Source: Alphaproteobacteria bacterium (GTDB taxonomy: Bacteria > Pseudomonadota > Alphaproteobacteria > Puniceispirillales > Puniceispirillaceae). Taken from it: a stretch of 64,000 bases of DNA. The stretch spans positions 8,903 through 72,902 of the forward strand of contig JAKMFL010000040.1 of the NCBI GenBank assembly GCA_022425485.1. The letters are read 5' to 3'. The notes beneath the pieces were generated by a model that did not search any database, was not told the DNA's origin, and worked only from the letters and a program-made list of their open reading frames with translations. Numbering within the stretch: the first letter of the stretch is position 1; each line of letters begins with the position of its first letter. A program made the position numbers and the translations under genes. Below are positions 50,122-58,870 of the stretch, piece by piece.

Positions 50122-53080
50122 GCTGGCGATCTCCTTTGGCATCGAACATATGCGGGCTGACAATTTCAGCTTCGATAAAATTATCGCGCACAGGATCAGC
50201 AACCATAATGGTTTTTCCCTGCCATGCTTGTGCACCGCCAGCAACAAAGCCCAACCCTATCCAATGACCTATGGCAGGAGAATGGGTGACCGCAGTAACC
50301 CAGCCTTCCCCAAAACCAGACACCGCGTCTGGTGCGCATAATATTGCCCCAGCGGAAAACTTACGGGTTCGGTCTTTGGGATAGATACCTACTAATTGCG
50401 GGCGTCTTTCATCCTGCAAGCTAGGGCGTTGGCGCAAAACAGAACCAATAAAGGGCTTTGTTTTTGAGGCCATTCGTCCAAATCCAGCATCCTCTAGCGT
50501 CACCCGTCCATCTAATTCTGCCGCGGTGACATGGCCTTTTTCAATCCGAAGGGCGCCAAGCGCTTCCATGCCATATAAACAACCACCTGTCTGTTCAATC
50601 CGGTGGGCAAGCGAAGACCAAATCTGGGCACCACTATCAGCAGGGACATAAATTTCAAAGGCACGCTCCCCTGAAAAAGAAATACGCGCAATGCGGCAGG
50701 CAATATCGCGCTTGCCATGGCGCAGCGTTATTTCCACCACCCCCATAAATGGAAAGGCTTCATCTGACCAATTGAGTTGCGGGAATTCAGCTGCCAAAAC
50801 TTCACGCGCATATGGGCCAGCGACCGCCATTCCGGCCCATTGATCTGTTACCGAAGTTACATGCACCCTTAAATCTGTCCAGCGTCGTTGCAAAAGCTCT
50901 TCCAAGAACAGCATCACTGGCGCCGCTTGTGCCGTCGTGGTGGTCATAAAGTAATCATCTTCTGCCAGCCGCCAGGTTGTACCATCATCCAATACCATCC
51001 CGTCATCACGAAGCATAATACCGTAACGCGCCTTGCCTATGGCCAATTTGGCGAAGGGATTAACATAAATTCGGTTTAAAAATTCAGTGGCATCTGGCCC
51101 CTGCACCGCGATTTTACCCAAAGTAGACACATCTACCATAGCTACATTCTGGCGGGTAGTTGCGGCTTCACGCACATAGGCATCATCAATAGTCTCATCA
51201 CCGCGCGGGTAATACCATGCACGCTTCCATGCGCCGGCATCTGTCATTACTGCACCCGCAGCAAGATGCGTATGATGCATTGGTGTTCGCCGCGTTGGCC
51301 GCCAATGCCTGCCCCGCTCTCTTGCAGCTAGCGCACCAATGGAAACAGGGGTATAGGGCGGGCGAAAGGTCGTAACGCCGCTTGTACCAACAGCTAGCCC
51401 TTGCGCCTCTGCCATCACCGCTAGCCCTAACACATTGCCAACGCGCCCCTGATCCGTAGCCATACCCAGCGTGGTATAGCGTTTCATATGCTCAACCGAA
51501 ACAAAACCCTCACGGTGCGCCTGACGCACATCCTCAGATGTTACATCATGCTGCGGGTCAATAAAGGATTTCAGCTTACGCCCCGTTATTTGCACCTCAA
51601 ATAGCGCGCGCATCCCCCCCGGAATACGCCGCCTCGGCTTTGTTTCTGTTTTTTCGCCTTTAATCTTCTGCGTTACCTGAAGGGCGTGGTCTAAACAGGC
51701 CTGATGGTCGTAAATTCCGTCCGCTGACCCTACCATGTAAATATTTTCAGTAGTCTTGCCCGTCACAAACGCATTGATAGAGGCTTCCCAACGTGGCTTA
51801 ATCCCCAGATGGGATGGCAAATGGATAACAGGCGAATATCCGCCAGATACGCCAACAAGATCACAGCCAATAATAGTCGTATTGTCGCTTATCTCGCCAG
51901 CCTCATCAATTTCGGCAATTTCTAGGGCGGCAACCGATTTTACCCCAGCCACATTCACTGGCACCCTGCCAGACAAAACATCAATGCCAGCCGCTTGCGC
52001 CTCCTTGGCACGGCGAGAGGGTTTGTTGCGGGCGTCGATAAGGGTTATTTCCATCCCCAAACGCGCCAGCATAATCGCATCATCATAAGTTCCATCATGG
52101 CACGTTGCCAGCACTGCGGAACGGCCAGCCATCACCCCATAACGGCAAGCATAGCTTCTTATCGCGCCTGCCAGCATCACGCCCGGCCGGTCATTATTGC
52201 CAAACGCAAAGCCGCGCTCACTAGCCCCTGTTGCAAGCACAATATGCTGGGGATGAATAATATGGGTAATCTCACGCGGACTATGCGGGTCAGGTGCCTG
52301 CAAATGATCGCTACAACGCTCCAAAACGCCCGTAACCAGCCCGTCATATAAACCAAAGGCTGTGGCGCGTAACATCAACCGCCCCCCGGCTTTCTCAAAA
52401 CGCTTTAACAAGCTATCCCGAAACAGTAAATCGCCAGCACTGCCGCTGCTTAGAATGCTGCCGCCTGCTTCAAAATCCTGTTCAACCAGAATAATTTTAT
52501 GCCCCTCTTCGGCAAGCTCAGTAGCCGCCATGAGTCCAGCAGGGCCAGCCCCCACCACCAATACATCACAGAAATTATAAGCAATATCATAGCTGTTAGG
52601 ATCTGGCAGACGCGAGGCTTTGCCAAGCCCTGCGGCTTTGCGGATAAACTTTTCACAAAACATCCAAAATGCCGTATTCCGCGCCGGCCCCATAAATGTC
52701 TTATAATAAAAACCTGCTGTCAGAAACGGCGCAAACAAGCCATTTACCGCGCCAACATCAAAGGCTAGGCTAGGAAAAGCATTTTGGGCACGCACCTGCA
52801 TATCGCCCCGAAGCTCTGCCATCGTTCCTTTAACATTGGCAATCCGCATCGCGCCATCATTGACATTGAATAAGGCGCCGCCTTCTTCTGGCCCTGCGGA
52901 CATTACGCCGCGAAGGCGGTGATATTTAAAGCTGCGGCCAACTTGGCGCACATCATTTGCCAATAAGGCAGAGGCGATGGTATCGCCCTCAAAACCTGTT
53001 AAACGGCGCCTATTAAAGCGAAAGGATACCTTTTTATCACGGTTAATTCTGCCGCCCTCTTTTAGCCGATATGCCCCCAT
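50114..53080 (-). CDS. soxA: Sarcosine oxidase alpha subunit
   Basis: 988 aa with an N-terminal 2Fe-2S-like/NAD fold, VVGAGPAGL, and a C-terminal GcvT-type folate-binding domain. Confidence 0.93.
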   Translation of the reverse strand: MGAYRLKEGGRINRDKKVSFRFNRRRLTGFEGDTIASALLANDVRQVGRSFKYHRLRGVMSAGPEEGGALFNVNDGAMRIANVKGTMAELRGDMQVRAQNAFPSLAFDVGAVNGLFAPFLTAGFYYKTFMGPARNTAFWMFCEKFIRKAAGLGKASRLPDPNSYDIAYNFCDVLVVGAGPAGLMAATELAEEGHKIILVEQDFEAGGSILSSGSAGDLLFRDSLLKRFEKAGGRLMLRATAFGLYDGLVTGVLERCSDHLQAPDPHSPREITHIIHPQHIVLATGASERGFAFGNNDRPGVMLAGAIRSYACRYGVMAGRSAVLATCHDGTYDDAIMLARLGMEITLIDARNKPSRRAKEAQAAGIDVLSGRVPVNVAGVKSVAALEIAEIDEAGEISDNTTIIGCDLVGVSGGYSPVIHLPSHLGIKPRWEASINAFVTGKTTENIYMVGSADGIYDHQACLDHALQVTQKIKGEKTETKPRRRIPGGMRALFEVQITGRKLKSFIDPQHDVTSEDVRQAHREGFVSVEHMKRYTTLGMATDQGRVGNVLGLAVMAEAQGLAVGTSGVTTFRPPYTPVSIGALAARERGRHWRPTRRTPMHHTHLAAGAVMTDAGAWKRAWYYPRGDETIDDAYVREAATTRQNVAMVDVSTLGKIAVQGPDATEFLNRIYVNPFAKLAIGKARYGIMLRDDGMVLDDGTTWRLAEDDYFMTTTTAQAAPVMLFLEELLQRRWTDLRVHVTSVTDQWAGMAVAGPYAREVLAAEFPQLNWSDEAFPFMGVVEITLRHGKRDIACRIARISFSGERAFEIYVPADSGAQIWSSLAHRIEQTGGCLYGMEALGALRIEKGHVTAAELDGRVTLEDAGFGRMASKTKPFIGSVLRQRPSLQDERRPQLVGIYPKDRTRKFSAGAILCAPDAVSGFGEGWVTAVTHSPAIGHWIGLGFVAGGAQAWQGKTIMVADPVRDNFIEAEIVSPHMFDAKGDRQHG

Positions 53081-53412
53081 TAGCTCTGCCCATTTTTAAG
53101 TGATTGTGAAGCAGAACTCACCTGTTTGGCGCTATCGGAAAACATTTCTTTATAATCAGGATGAGCCGGCGCAACCGAAAGTATCTGATGCGTTAGCGTA
53201 TTTCGCGATACCCTAAGAACCATCCGGCACCCTTGTGTATGGTGCCAATCTTCCACATGCATTCCGCGCGGATTATCCCGCAAAAACACTGCCTCATACC
53301 ACGCCTCATCATTGGTGTTATCCAGCGCAGGCATAGCCCCACTGCCATCTTCTAGATAGGTAAACTCATCATGGTTGCGAAGCCCGCAAAATGGACACTC
53401 AATTCTTAGCAC
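53080..53412 (-). CDS. soxD: Sarcosine oxidase delta subunit
   Basis: 110 aa with MLRIECPFCGLRNHDEFTY, the Zn-binding N-terminus typical of SoxD. It has a TAATG overlap with soxA. Confidence 0.9.
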   Translation of the reverse strand: MLRIECPFCGLRNHDEFTYLEDGSGAMPALDNTNDEAWYEAVFLRDNPRGMHVEDWHHTQGCRMVLRVSRNTLTHQILSVAPAHPDYKEMFSDSAKQVSSASQSLKNGQS

Positions 53413-53469
53413 CGCTTGCCCCTTTTTGTGATGTATTTGTCATGCACTATCCTATGGCTTTCATCTTTT

Positions 53470-54735
53470 TTAATGTGCTTTAGGGAAAGGGCCATGCCCA
53501 CTCTCATCTATTTGGCGCCCCTGCCGATATCTGTCTAATGTCAGAGGGCTGTTAATTTCATGCGGGGCGTCATTGGCAATGGTATGCGCAAAACACCAGC
53601 CAGAACCGGGTATGGCTTTAAAGCCGCCATAACACCAACCTGCATTTAGATATAGACCGTCAATATTCGTCTTCGTTATGAAAGGAGAACCATCCATCGA
53701 CATATCCATAATCCCGGCCCATTGCCGAAGAATTTTTACACGTCCCAGAGCTGGCATAACATTCATCGCACATCCCGCAACATCCGTGTAAATAGGCAAA
53801 TTGCCCCGCTGCGCATAGGAATTATACCCATCTAAATCGCCGCCAAACACCATCCCCCCCTTATCTGACTGGCTGATGTAAAAATGCCCATTATAAGCAG
53901 AATAAACAACAACCGTATCTAGGAAAGGCTTTATCGGCTCAGAAACAAAAGCTTGCAGCTTATGGCTTTCTATTGGCAGCTTGCCAAGCCCCGCCATCTT
54001 TGCCAAAAGTGAGGTAGAGCCCGCAACTGCCATGCCTATTTTTTCAGCGCGGATTTCCCCGCGACTGGTCTCCACCCCTTGTATTTTTCCGCCCTCATGG
54101 ATAAAGCCAGTAACTTCACAATTCTGGATAATATCAACCCCTAATGCAGAAGCGGCTCTTGCATAGCCCCAATTCACGGCATCATGACGGGCTGTGCCAG
54201 CGCGTGGCTGCAAAAACCCTCCCATAATCGGAAAGCGCGAATCTTCAGAATAATTAAGATGCGGCACCATTTTCTGAACTTGATCGCGGCTCAAAAACTC
54301 ACCATCAATTCCGTTCAACCGCATGATGTTATAGCGTCTGGCAAGTGCATCACGCTGTCCGGGCGTAAAAAACAAGCTTAAATGGCCCCGCTGACTGAAC
54401 ATCACATTGTAGTTGAGCTCTTGCGACAGCCCTTCCCATAACTTCAAGGAATGCTCATAAAAAGCGGTATTACCTTCCATAGAATAGTTGGAACGAACAA
54501 TGGTGGTATTACGGCCAGAATTTCCGCCACCAATCCAGCCTTTTTCCAGCAAAGCTACATTTGTTATCCCATGGATACGTGCTAGATAATAAGCGGTCGC
54601 CAACCCATGCCCGCCCCCGCCAATGACAATCACATCATAAGCAGGCTTGGGCGCAGCATCACGCCATGCGGGCTGCCATCCTTTATGACCTGACAAACCC
54701 TCTTTTAAAATTCTTAAAGCTGAATAGCGTTTCAC
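53470..54735 (-). CDS. soxB: Sarcosine oxidase beta subunit
   Basis: 421 aa with a VIVIGGGGHGLATAYYLA FAD fold and a HD context like the covalent-FMN His of SoxB. Confidence 0.93.
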   Translation of the reverse strand: MKRYSALRILKEGLSGHKGWQPAWRDAAPKPAYDVIVIGGGGHGLATAYYLARIHGITNVALLEKGWIGGGNSGRNTTIVRSNYSMEGNTAFYEHSLKLWEGLSQELNYNVMFSQRGHLSLFFTPGQRDALARRYNIMRLNGIDGEFLSRDQVQKMVPHLNYSEDSRFPIMGGFLQPRAGTARHDAVNWGYARAASALGVDIIQNCEVTGFIHEGGKIQGVETSRGEIRAEKIGMAVAGSTSLLAKMAGLGKLPIESHKLQAFVSEPIKPFLDTVVVYSAYNGHFYISQSDKGGMVFGGDLDGYNSYAQRGNLPIYTDVAGCAMNVMPALGRVKILRQWAGIMDMSMDGSPFITKTNIDGLYLNAGWCYGGFKAIPGSGWCFAHTIANDAPHEINSPLTLDRYRQGRQIDESGHGPFPKAH

Positions 54736-54928
54736 GCGCGCCTTCCCAATACCCAGAATAAGCCCCCCCTGAAAAAGAGCCTGCCTGCCCTTAAAAAACA
54801 GAGACGCTTTAACCTTAGGGATCGGAACATATTATTTCATTTGAATATCGACCCAAAATGTTCCAAAGATCAACCTGCAAAAGTACGAAACTATAAAGCT
54901 TTTTACAAGTTGGATAGGTTTGCTTGCT

Positions 54929-55129
54929 TTAGGCCTCGTGACGCGCTAGCCAGCCAATGACATAGCCAGCAGGATATATCCAAGCAAGCCCCGCTATCAG
55001 ATAATATAGACTATCTAAAAGCCAGTGCATGCCCGTAACATAATCTGCTAGTAACACACATAAAATTGCATAAACGCCAATAGCTGGCACGGTTAAAATT
55101 GCAATTAATAAATGTCGCCAACGTGTCAC
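54929..55129 (-). CDS. DUF2842-like small membrane protein
   Basis: 66 aa with two TM helices and a W...YP...GW pattern. The start is GTG. Confidence 0.5.
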   Translation of the reverse strand: MTRWRHLLIAILTVPAIGVYAILCVLLADYVTGMHWLLDSLYYLIAGLAWIYPAGYVIGWLARHEA

Positions 55130-55206
55130 CTGATACCCCTTTTTAAAAAGGTTGCTTGTTTAATGATTTAAAACCTGCACCTAAAACCCACACCTAAAAC
55201 CCAAAC

Positions 55207-56025
55207 CTAAAACGAGGTGTATAACAGACGCGAGCCCAAAATAATCAGAAAAAAATGCGCAATATGATAAAAAATCTTGTCATTCATCCGGTGCACCAAC
55301 CATCTTCCAAAAATCACACCAAAAGGAATTATCGGCAGTAGAATGGCGCTTGTCGTTAGGCTACCAGCGGTGAAAAGATCCAAATCGTCATAAAAAGGCA
55401 GCTTGGCCAGATTTATAAATAGGAAATACCATGCCAGCGTGCCAACAAAGAAAAATCGATGTACCGCCATCGGCAGCATATAAACCTGTATTGGAATGCC
55501 CCCAGTTAGCGAAATAAAGCTGGAAAAACCAGATAATGTACACCATATAAAAGCGCGTTCACGAAATTTTTTCCGCATCTGTTTTTTTACATGCACCGCC
55601 GCCATGCCCAGCGCAGGCTGGTAAACCCGGTACCAATAGCGCACCCCCATAAACAGCGCCAGCCCCCCAATACAGGCCTTTAGCGTGTTATCATCAATAT
55701 AACTTATCACCATCCAGCCCAGAATTTGGCCAGTAATACCCATTGCTACCATCCAGCCAAGCAAGCGTTTCACGCTATAGCCGCGCCAGATATATACAGT
55801 CCAAAAATCAGTAGCCAAAAATAAAGGCAGCAAAACAGCAAGCGCTGTTTTCGCAGGTAAAACCGTCAGCATCAATGGCGCAGCTAGCGCGCCCATTGCC
55901 CCACCAAACCCTGATTTTGATACCGCAACACTAAAGACAGACAGGCCAGCGACCAGCCAGAAAATAGTCATATTATCGGTTTGTATCGATAGGGATGTCA
56001 GCGTTGATGAAAGGGATAAATCCAT
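55207..56025 (-). CDS. TauE/SafE-family anion exporter membrane protein
   Basis: 272 aa with about 8 TM segments and Gly-rich helices typical of the TSUP/TauE family. The start is uncertain. Confidence 0.65.
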   Translation of the reverse strand: MDLSLSSTLTSLSIQTDNMTIFWLVAGLSVFSVAVSKSGFGGAMGALAAPLMLTVLPAKTALAVLLPLFLATDFWTVYIWRGYSVKRLLGWMVAMGITGQILGWMVISYIDDNTLKACIGGLALFMGVRYWYRVYQPALGMAAVHVKKQMRKKFRERAFIWCTLSGFSSFISLTGGIPIQVYMLPMAVHRFFFVGTLAWYFLFINLAKLPFYDDLDLFTAGSLTTSAILLPIIPFGVIFGRWLVHRMNDKIFYHIAHFFLIILGSRLLYTSF

Positions 56026-56096
56026 AAAATTACGAGCCTTACATTAATAAAATTCATTTCAGATTGGAAATGAGAACGAAACTCAGCGCAGGTAAA

Positions 56097-56540
56097 TTAA
56101 GGTCTGCGCACCCCACCGGGATCAAAATCTTGGCTTAGAAAATTATCTAAATCTTTTTTATACCAGCTAGCAAAATCCCAAAGCTCTGCTGCGGGCAGCC
56201 TATTGATAGGCTTATAAATTTGGGTTGCATGTATCTGGCCATCACATTCCACAGCAACATCTGCACGTTGGTAATCTGCCCCTTCTAGCCTATCAAACCT
56301 GTCCAATTCTCGTCTGTCAATTCCGCTTAAAAGAACACCTTCTATCATCGCCTCAGGCGGCCCTGCAACAATCATTGGATAAAAGGTTCCCGCCACGCGG
56401 CGCACCTCAAAGCCAGATAGCTTTGCAGCGGCAAGCCGATTTTCAGGCACTTTATAGCCAAGCACCGCTTCGCGCACTTCGGCAGCCTTTAACGTGCCAT
56501 AAAAGAAAAGGGATTTAGGCGCATCTCTGTTAGTTGGCAA
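56097..56540 (-). CDS. Gamma-glutamylcyclotransferase-like (AIG2/GGACT fold) protein
   Basis: It has the N-terminal FFYGTLK signature. The only in-frame start near the N-terminus is the TTG at 56540. Confidence 0.55.
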   Translation of the reverse strand: MPTNRDAPKSLFFYGTLKAAEVREAVLGYKVPENRLAAAKLSGFEVRRVAGTFYPMIVAGPPEAMIEGVLLSGIDRRELDRFDRLEGADYQRADVAVECDGQIHATQIYKPINRLPAAELWDFASWYKKDLDNFLSQDFDPGGVRRP

Positions 56541-56677
56541 AACACGCCCCTTCTCGCTATTGCGGCGTAAATTAAATTTTTTGAAACCTTATCTAGCCTC
56601 AGACTAGCCTGCCTCATCTTCATGGGTAAATGGCTTATTATGATGATTGCTGTTCTGGTGTATTATTGAAGGTTTTT

Positions 56678-58009
56678 TTAGGGTTTTTTTTTAGGGTCTT
56701 TTTTTAGCTGGCGGCCTGTCTTTAGCACATCATCCCCTAACTTTTCGTGCAGCTGGTCTATTGCCGCCTCTAACTTATTCTTTTTTTGTCTATTATCATC
56801 TACGATATCTAGCAAGCTTGTAGGGGCATCCCTGCTCTCATCTATATCCTGTTCACTTAATTCGACACCAACGCCGAGCAGACGATAAGATTTGCCATTG
56901 CCTATTTCGGCACGCAGGACGTCGGTGGCAGCATCAAAAATGTCGTGATGCATCTGCGTAGGGGCAGCTAGGGTTCGGGATCTGGTTATTAGCCGATGCG
57001 TAGGGAATTTCAGCTTTACGGTTACCCGAATAGCGGCGCGTCTTTTTGCCTTTAATTGGCGCGAAACTTTGGCAGACAAGCTCTCTGCCATTGCAAGTAG
57101 CGTATCAAGTTCTGATATATTTTCTGTGAAGGTTGTCTCAGATGATATGGATTTAGCCCGGCTATAGGGCACCACTGGCCGATTATCGATACCGCTAGCA
57201 AGGTTTACAAGTCGCTGGGCATCACTGCCAAACAGGCTTTTTTGCTGCCCTGCTGGCAAATTGACGATATCGCCGCAGCTATGCACCCCTGCCGCTTTAA
57301 GCTTCGCCATTTGCGATTTTCCTAGCCCAAATAACAAGCTCGCTGGACGGTCTTTTAGCCAAGATTTTGCTTCGGCTGCACCGATAACATAAAAGCCGTT
57401 CGGCTTATCTTGGTCGGAAGCAATTTTGGCCATAGACTTATTCGCGGCTAACCCAATAGACACGGTAAGACCTAGCTCTGTTTTAATGTGCTGTTGCAGA
57501 CGCGCCAAAGACAAAGCAGGCGAGGCATGATGTAGCTTTTGCGTTCCTGCCAAATCCAAAAATGCTTCATCAATGGAAAGCGGCTGCACAAGCGGCGTTA
57601 GCGCTTGCATCATCTCTCTTATCTGGCGCCCGATTGTCTGATATATGGCCATGCGGGGTTTAATAATAACCAACTCTGGACAAGCCCGTTTTGCCTGCCA
57701 TGTCGGCATGGCTGAACGGATACCATAAGTTCGCGCGATATAACAGGCCGCCGCCACAACACCGCGCTGCTCGCCGCCCACTATTACCGGACGGTTTACA
57801 AGCGCCGGATTATCTCGTTTTTCAACCGAACAATAAAAGGCATCACAATCAATATGTGCGAGCGAAAGACTAAACAGCTCATCATGCAGCACAAGCGCCC
57901 CGCTGCCACATTCGATACATGTCTTTGGCCTTTCTGGCATACCAACATAGCCTGACCCAAGGCAGGTACGGCAAAGAAAAGCATAGCTGGTTGGCTCAGA
58001 CACTGACAT
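56678..58009 (-). CDS. dinB: DNA polymerase IV (Y-family) with an N-terminal CxxC...CxxC extension
   Basis: Motifs IDCDAFYCSVEKRD, SIDEAFLD and the little-finger region. The N-terminal ~45 aa contain CRTC and CIEC. Confidence 0.9.
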   Translation of the reverse strand: MSVSEPTSYAFLCRTCLGSGYVGMPERPKTCIECGSGALVLHDELFSLSLAHIDCDAFYCSVEKRDNPALVNRPVIVGGEQRGVVAAACYIARTYGIRSAMPTWQAKRACPELVIIKPRMAIYQTIGRQIREMMQALTPLVQPLSIDEAFLDLAGTQKLHHASPALSLARLQQHIKTELGLTVSIGLAANKSMAKIASDQDKPNGFYVIGAAEAKSWLKDRPASLLFGLGKSQMAKLKAAGVHSCGDIVNLPAGQQKSLFGSDAQRLVNLASGIDNRPVVPYSRAKSISSETTFTENISELDTLLAMAESLSAKVSRQLKAKRRAAIRVTVKLKFPTHRLITRSRTLAAPTQMHHDIFDAATDVLRAEIGNGKSYRLLGVGVELSEQDIDESRDAPTSLLDIVDDNRQKKNKLEAAIDQLHEKLGDDVLKTGRQLKKDPKKKP

Positions 58010-58403
58010 AGATTTTGTTTCTCAACAAAAAAAGAGGGCGTTAATGGTTCCGCTGCCCTTTGGCTGCGAATCACACTAAAACCATACCCCCTATTTCCAA
58101 ACGCTGAAAGAGCGGAAAATACAATTTAACAGGCCAGTCAACAAGCCGGTCAACAGCTCTGATCATTTTCTTTCAATGCTGCCTTATTTTTTGAATAATT
58201 TACATCTCAAAACAGCCTTTGGCGTTATTAAATTACGAAATGTAAAAATTAAAAAATACTTAAAAACAATACTTTACTTTTAGTTTAGGTCAGCATATAT
58301 GACACATATACAAAGCGCCTGAAAAAAACAATAATAACAAGAGCGCAAGATGGGTGGAATGTATTGTCCTGTTAGATAAATAACTCAATATTCAAACATT
58401 CTT

Positions 58404-58619
58404 ATGAAAAGGAACACCGTTATGGCAAAGGCAAAAAAAGCTGTAAACGACAACACCCCAACAATCTTTGGTCGCTTCCGTAAATGGATCGAATATTCAG
58501 GTGGTGTAGCCGCTCTGAACCGTCTAGACGACCGTACCCTGTCAGATATCGGCCTAACACGCAGCGAAATCTCAGATTATGTGCGCCAATGGTCAAACAA
58601 AAGTGATGATGCTGCCTAG
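58404..58619 (+). CDS. DUF1127 small protein
   Basis: It has the C-terminal motif LNRLDDRTLSDIGLTRSEI characteristic of DUF1127. The start is ATG 58404 or, after AAGGA, ATG 58422. Confidence 0.8.
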   Translation: MKRNTVMAKAKKAVNDNTPTIFGRFRKWIEYSGGVAALNRLDDRTLSDIGLTRSEISDYVRQWSNKSDDAA

Positions 58620-58726
58620 ATAGATTAAGCGCTGCTGGTTTTTCCTCCCTTACTGAACCCGCGCCCTTTTAGGCAATCATAGCCAAACAAAGCCTCTTTC
58701 TTTTTGGAAAGGGGCTTTGTTTATTG
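58620..58726 (+). ncRNA. Candidate 3'-UTR-derived sRNA (CcsR/cuckoo-like): CCUCCC-loop hairpin plus terminator
   Basis: Hairpin 58634-58662 (GCUGGUU / AACCCGC, one mismatch) has a 15-nt loop, UUUCCUCCCUUACUG. A terminator hairpin follows at 58688-58719. Confidence 0.3.
58688..58726 (+). terminator. Intrinsic terminator downstream of the DUF1127 gene
   Basis: CAAAGCCUCUUUC / GAAAGGGGCUUUG forms a 13-bp stem (one G-U) with a UUUUUG loop, followed by UUUAUU. Confidence 0.7.
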
Positions 58727-58870
58727 GTCGCGCACTTTCAGACTAAGTAAAAACAACAAATACGCTATTTCTTTGATTTTCATGCCTATATGGTAGTAAT
58801 TTGAAGAGCGCACTTATGTCAGCTTTTGGCTATTAGCGCGGTTAAGAGAGATTAAGGAGTGTTCCTAGTT

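Noticed and set aside
56632-56679. 15-codon hydrophobic mini-ORF (MGKWLIMMIAVLVYY) between the GGCT-like gene and dinB.
   Set aside because: It has no SD, overlaps the dinB stop region and is too short to support without conservation or ribosome-profiling data.
58010-58120. Search for an alphaproteobacterial LexA box (GTTC-N7-GTTC / GAAC-N7-GAAC) upstream of dinB.
   Set aside because: Only a half-match is present (GTTCcgctgccCTTT). No acceptable SOS box was seen, so none is annotated.
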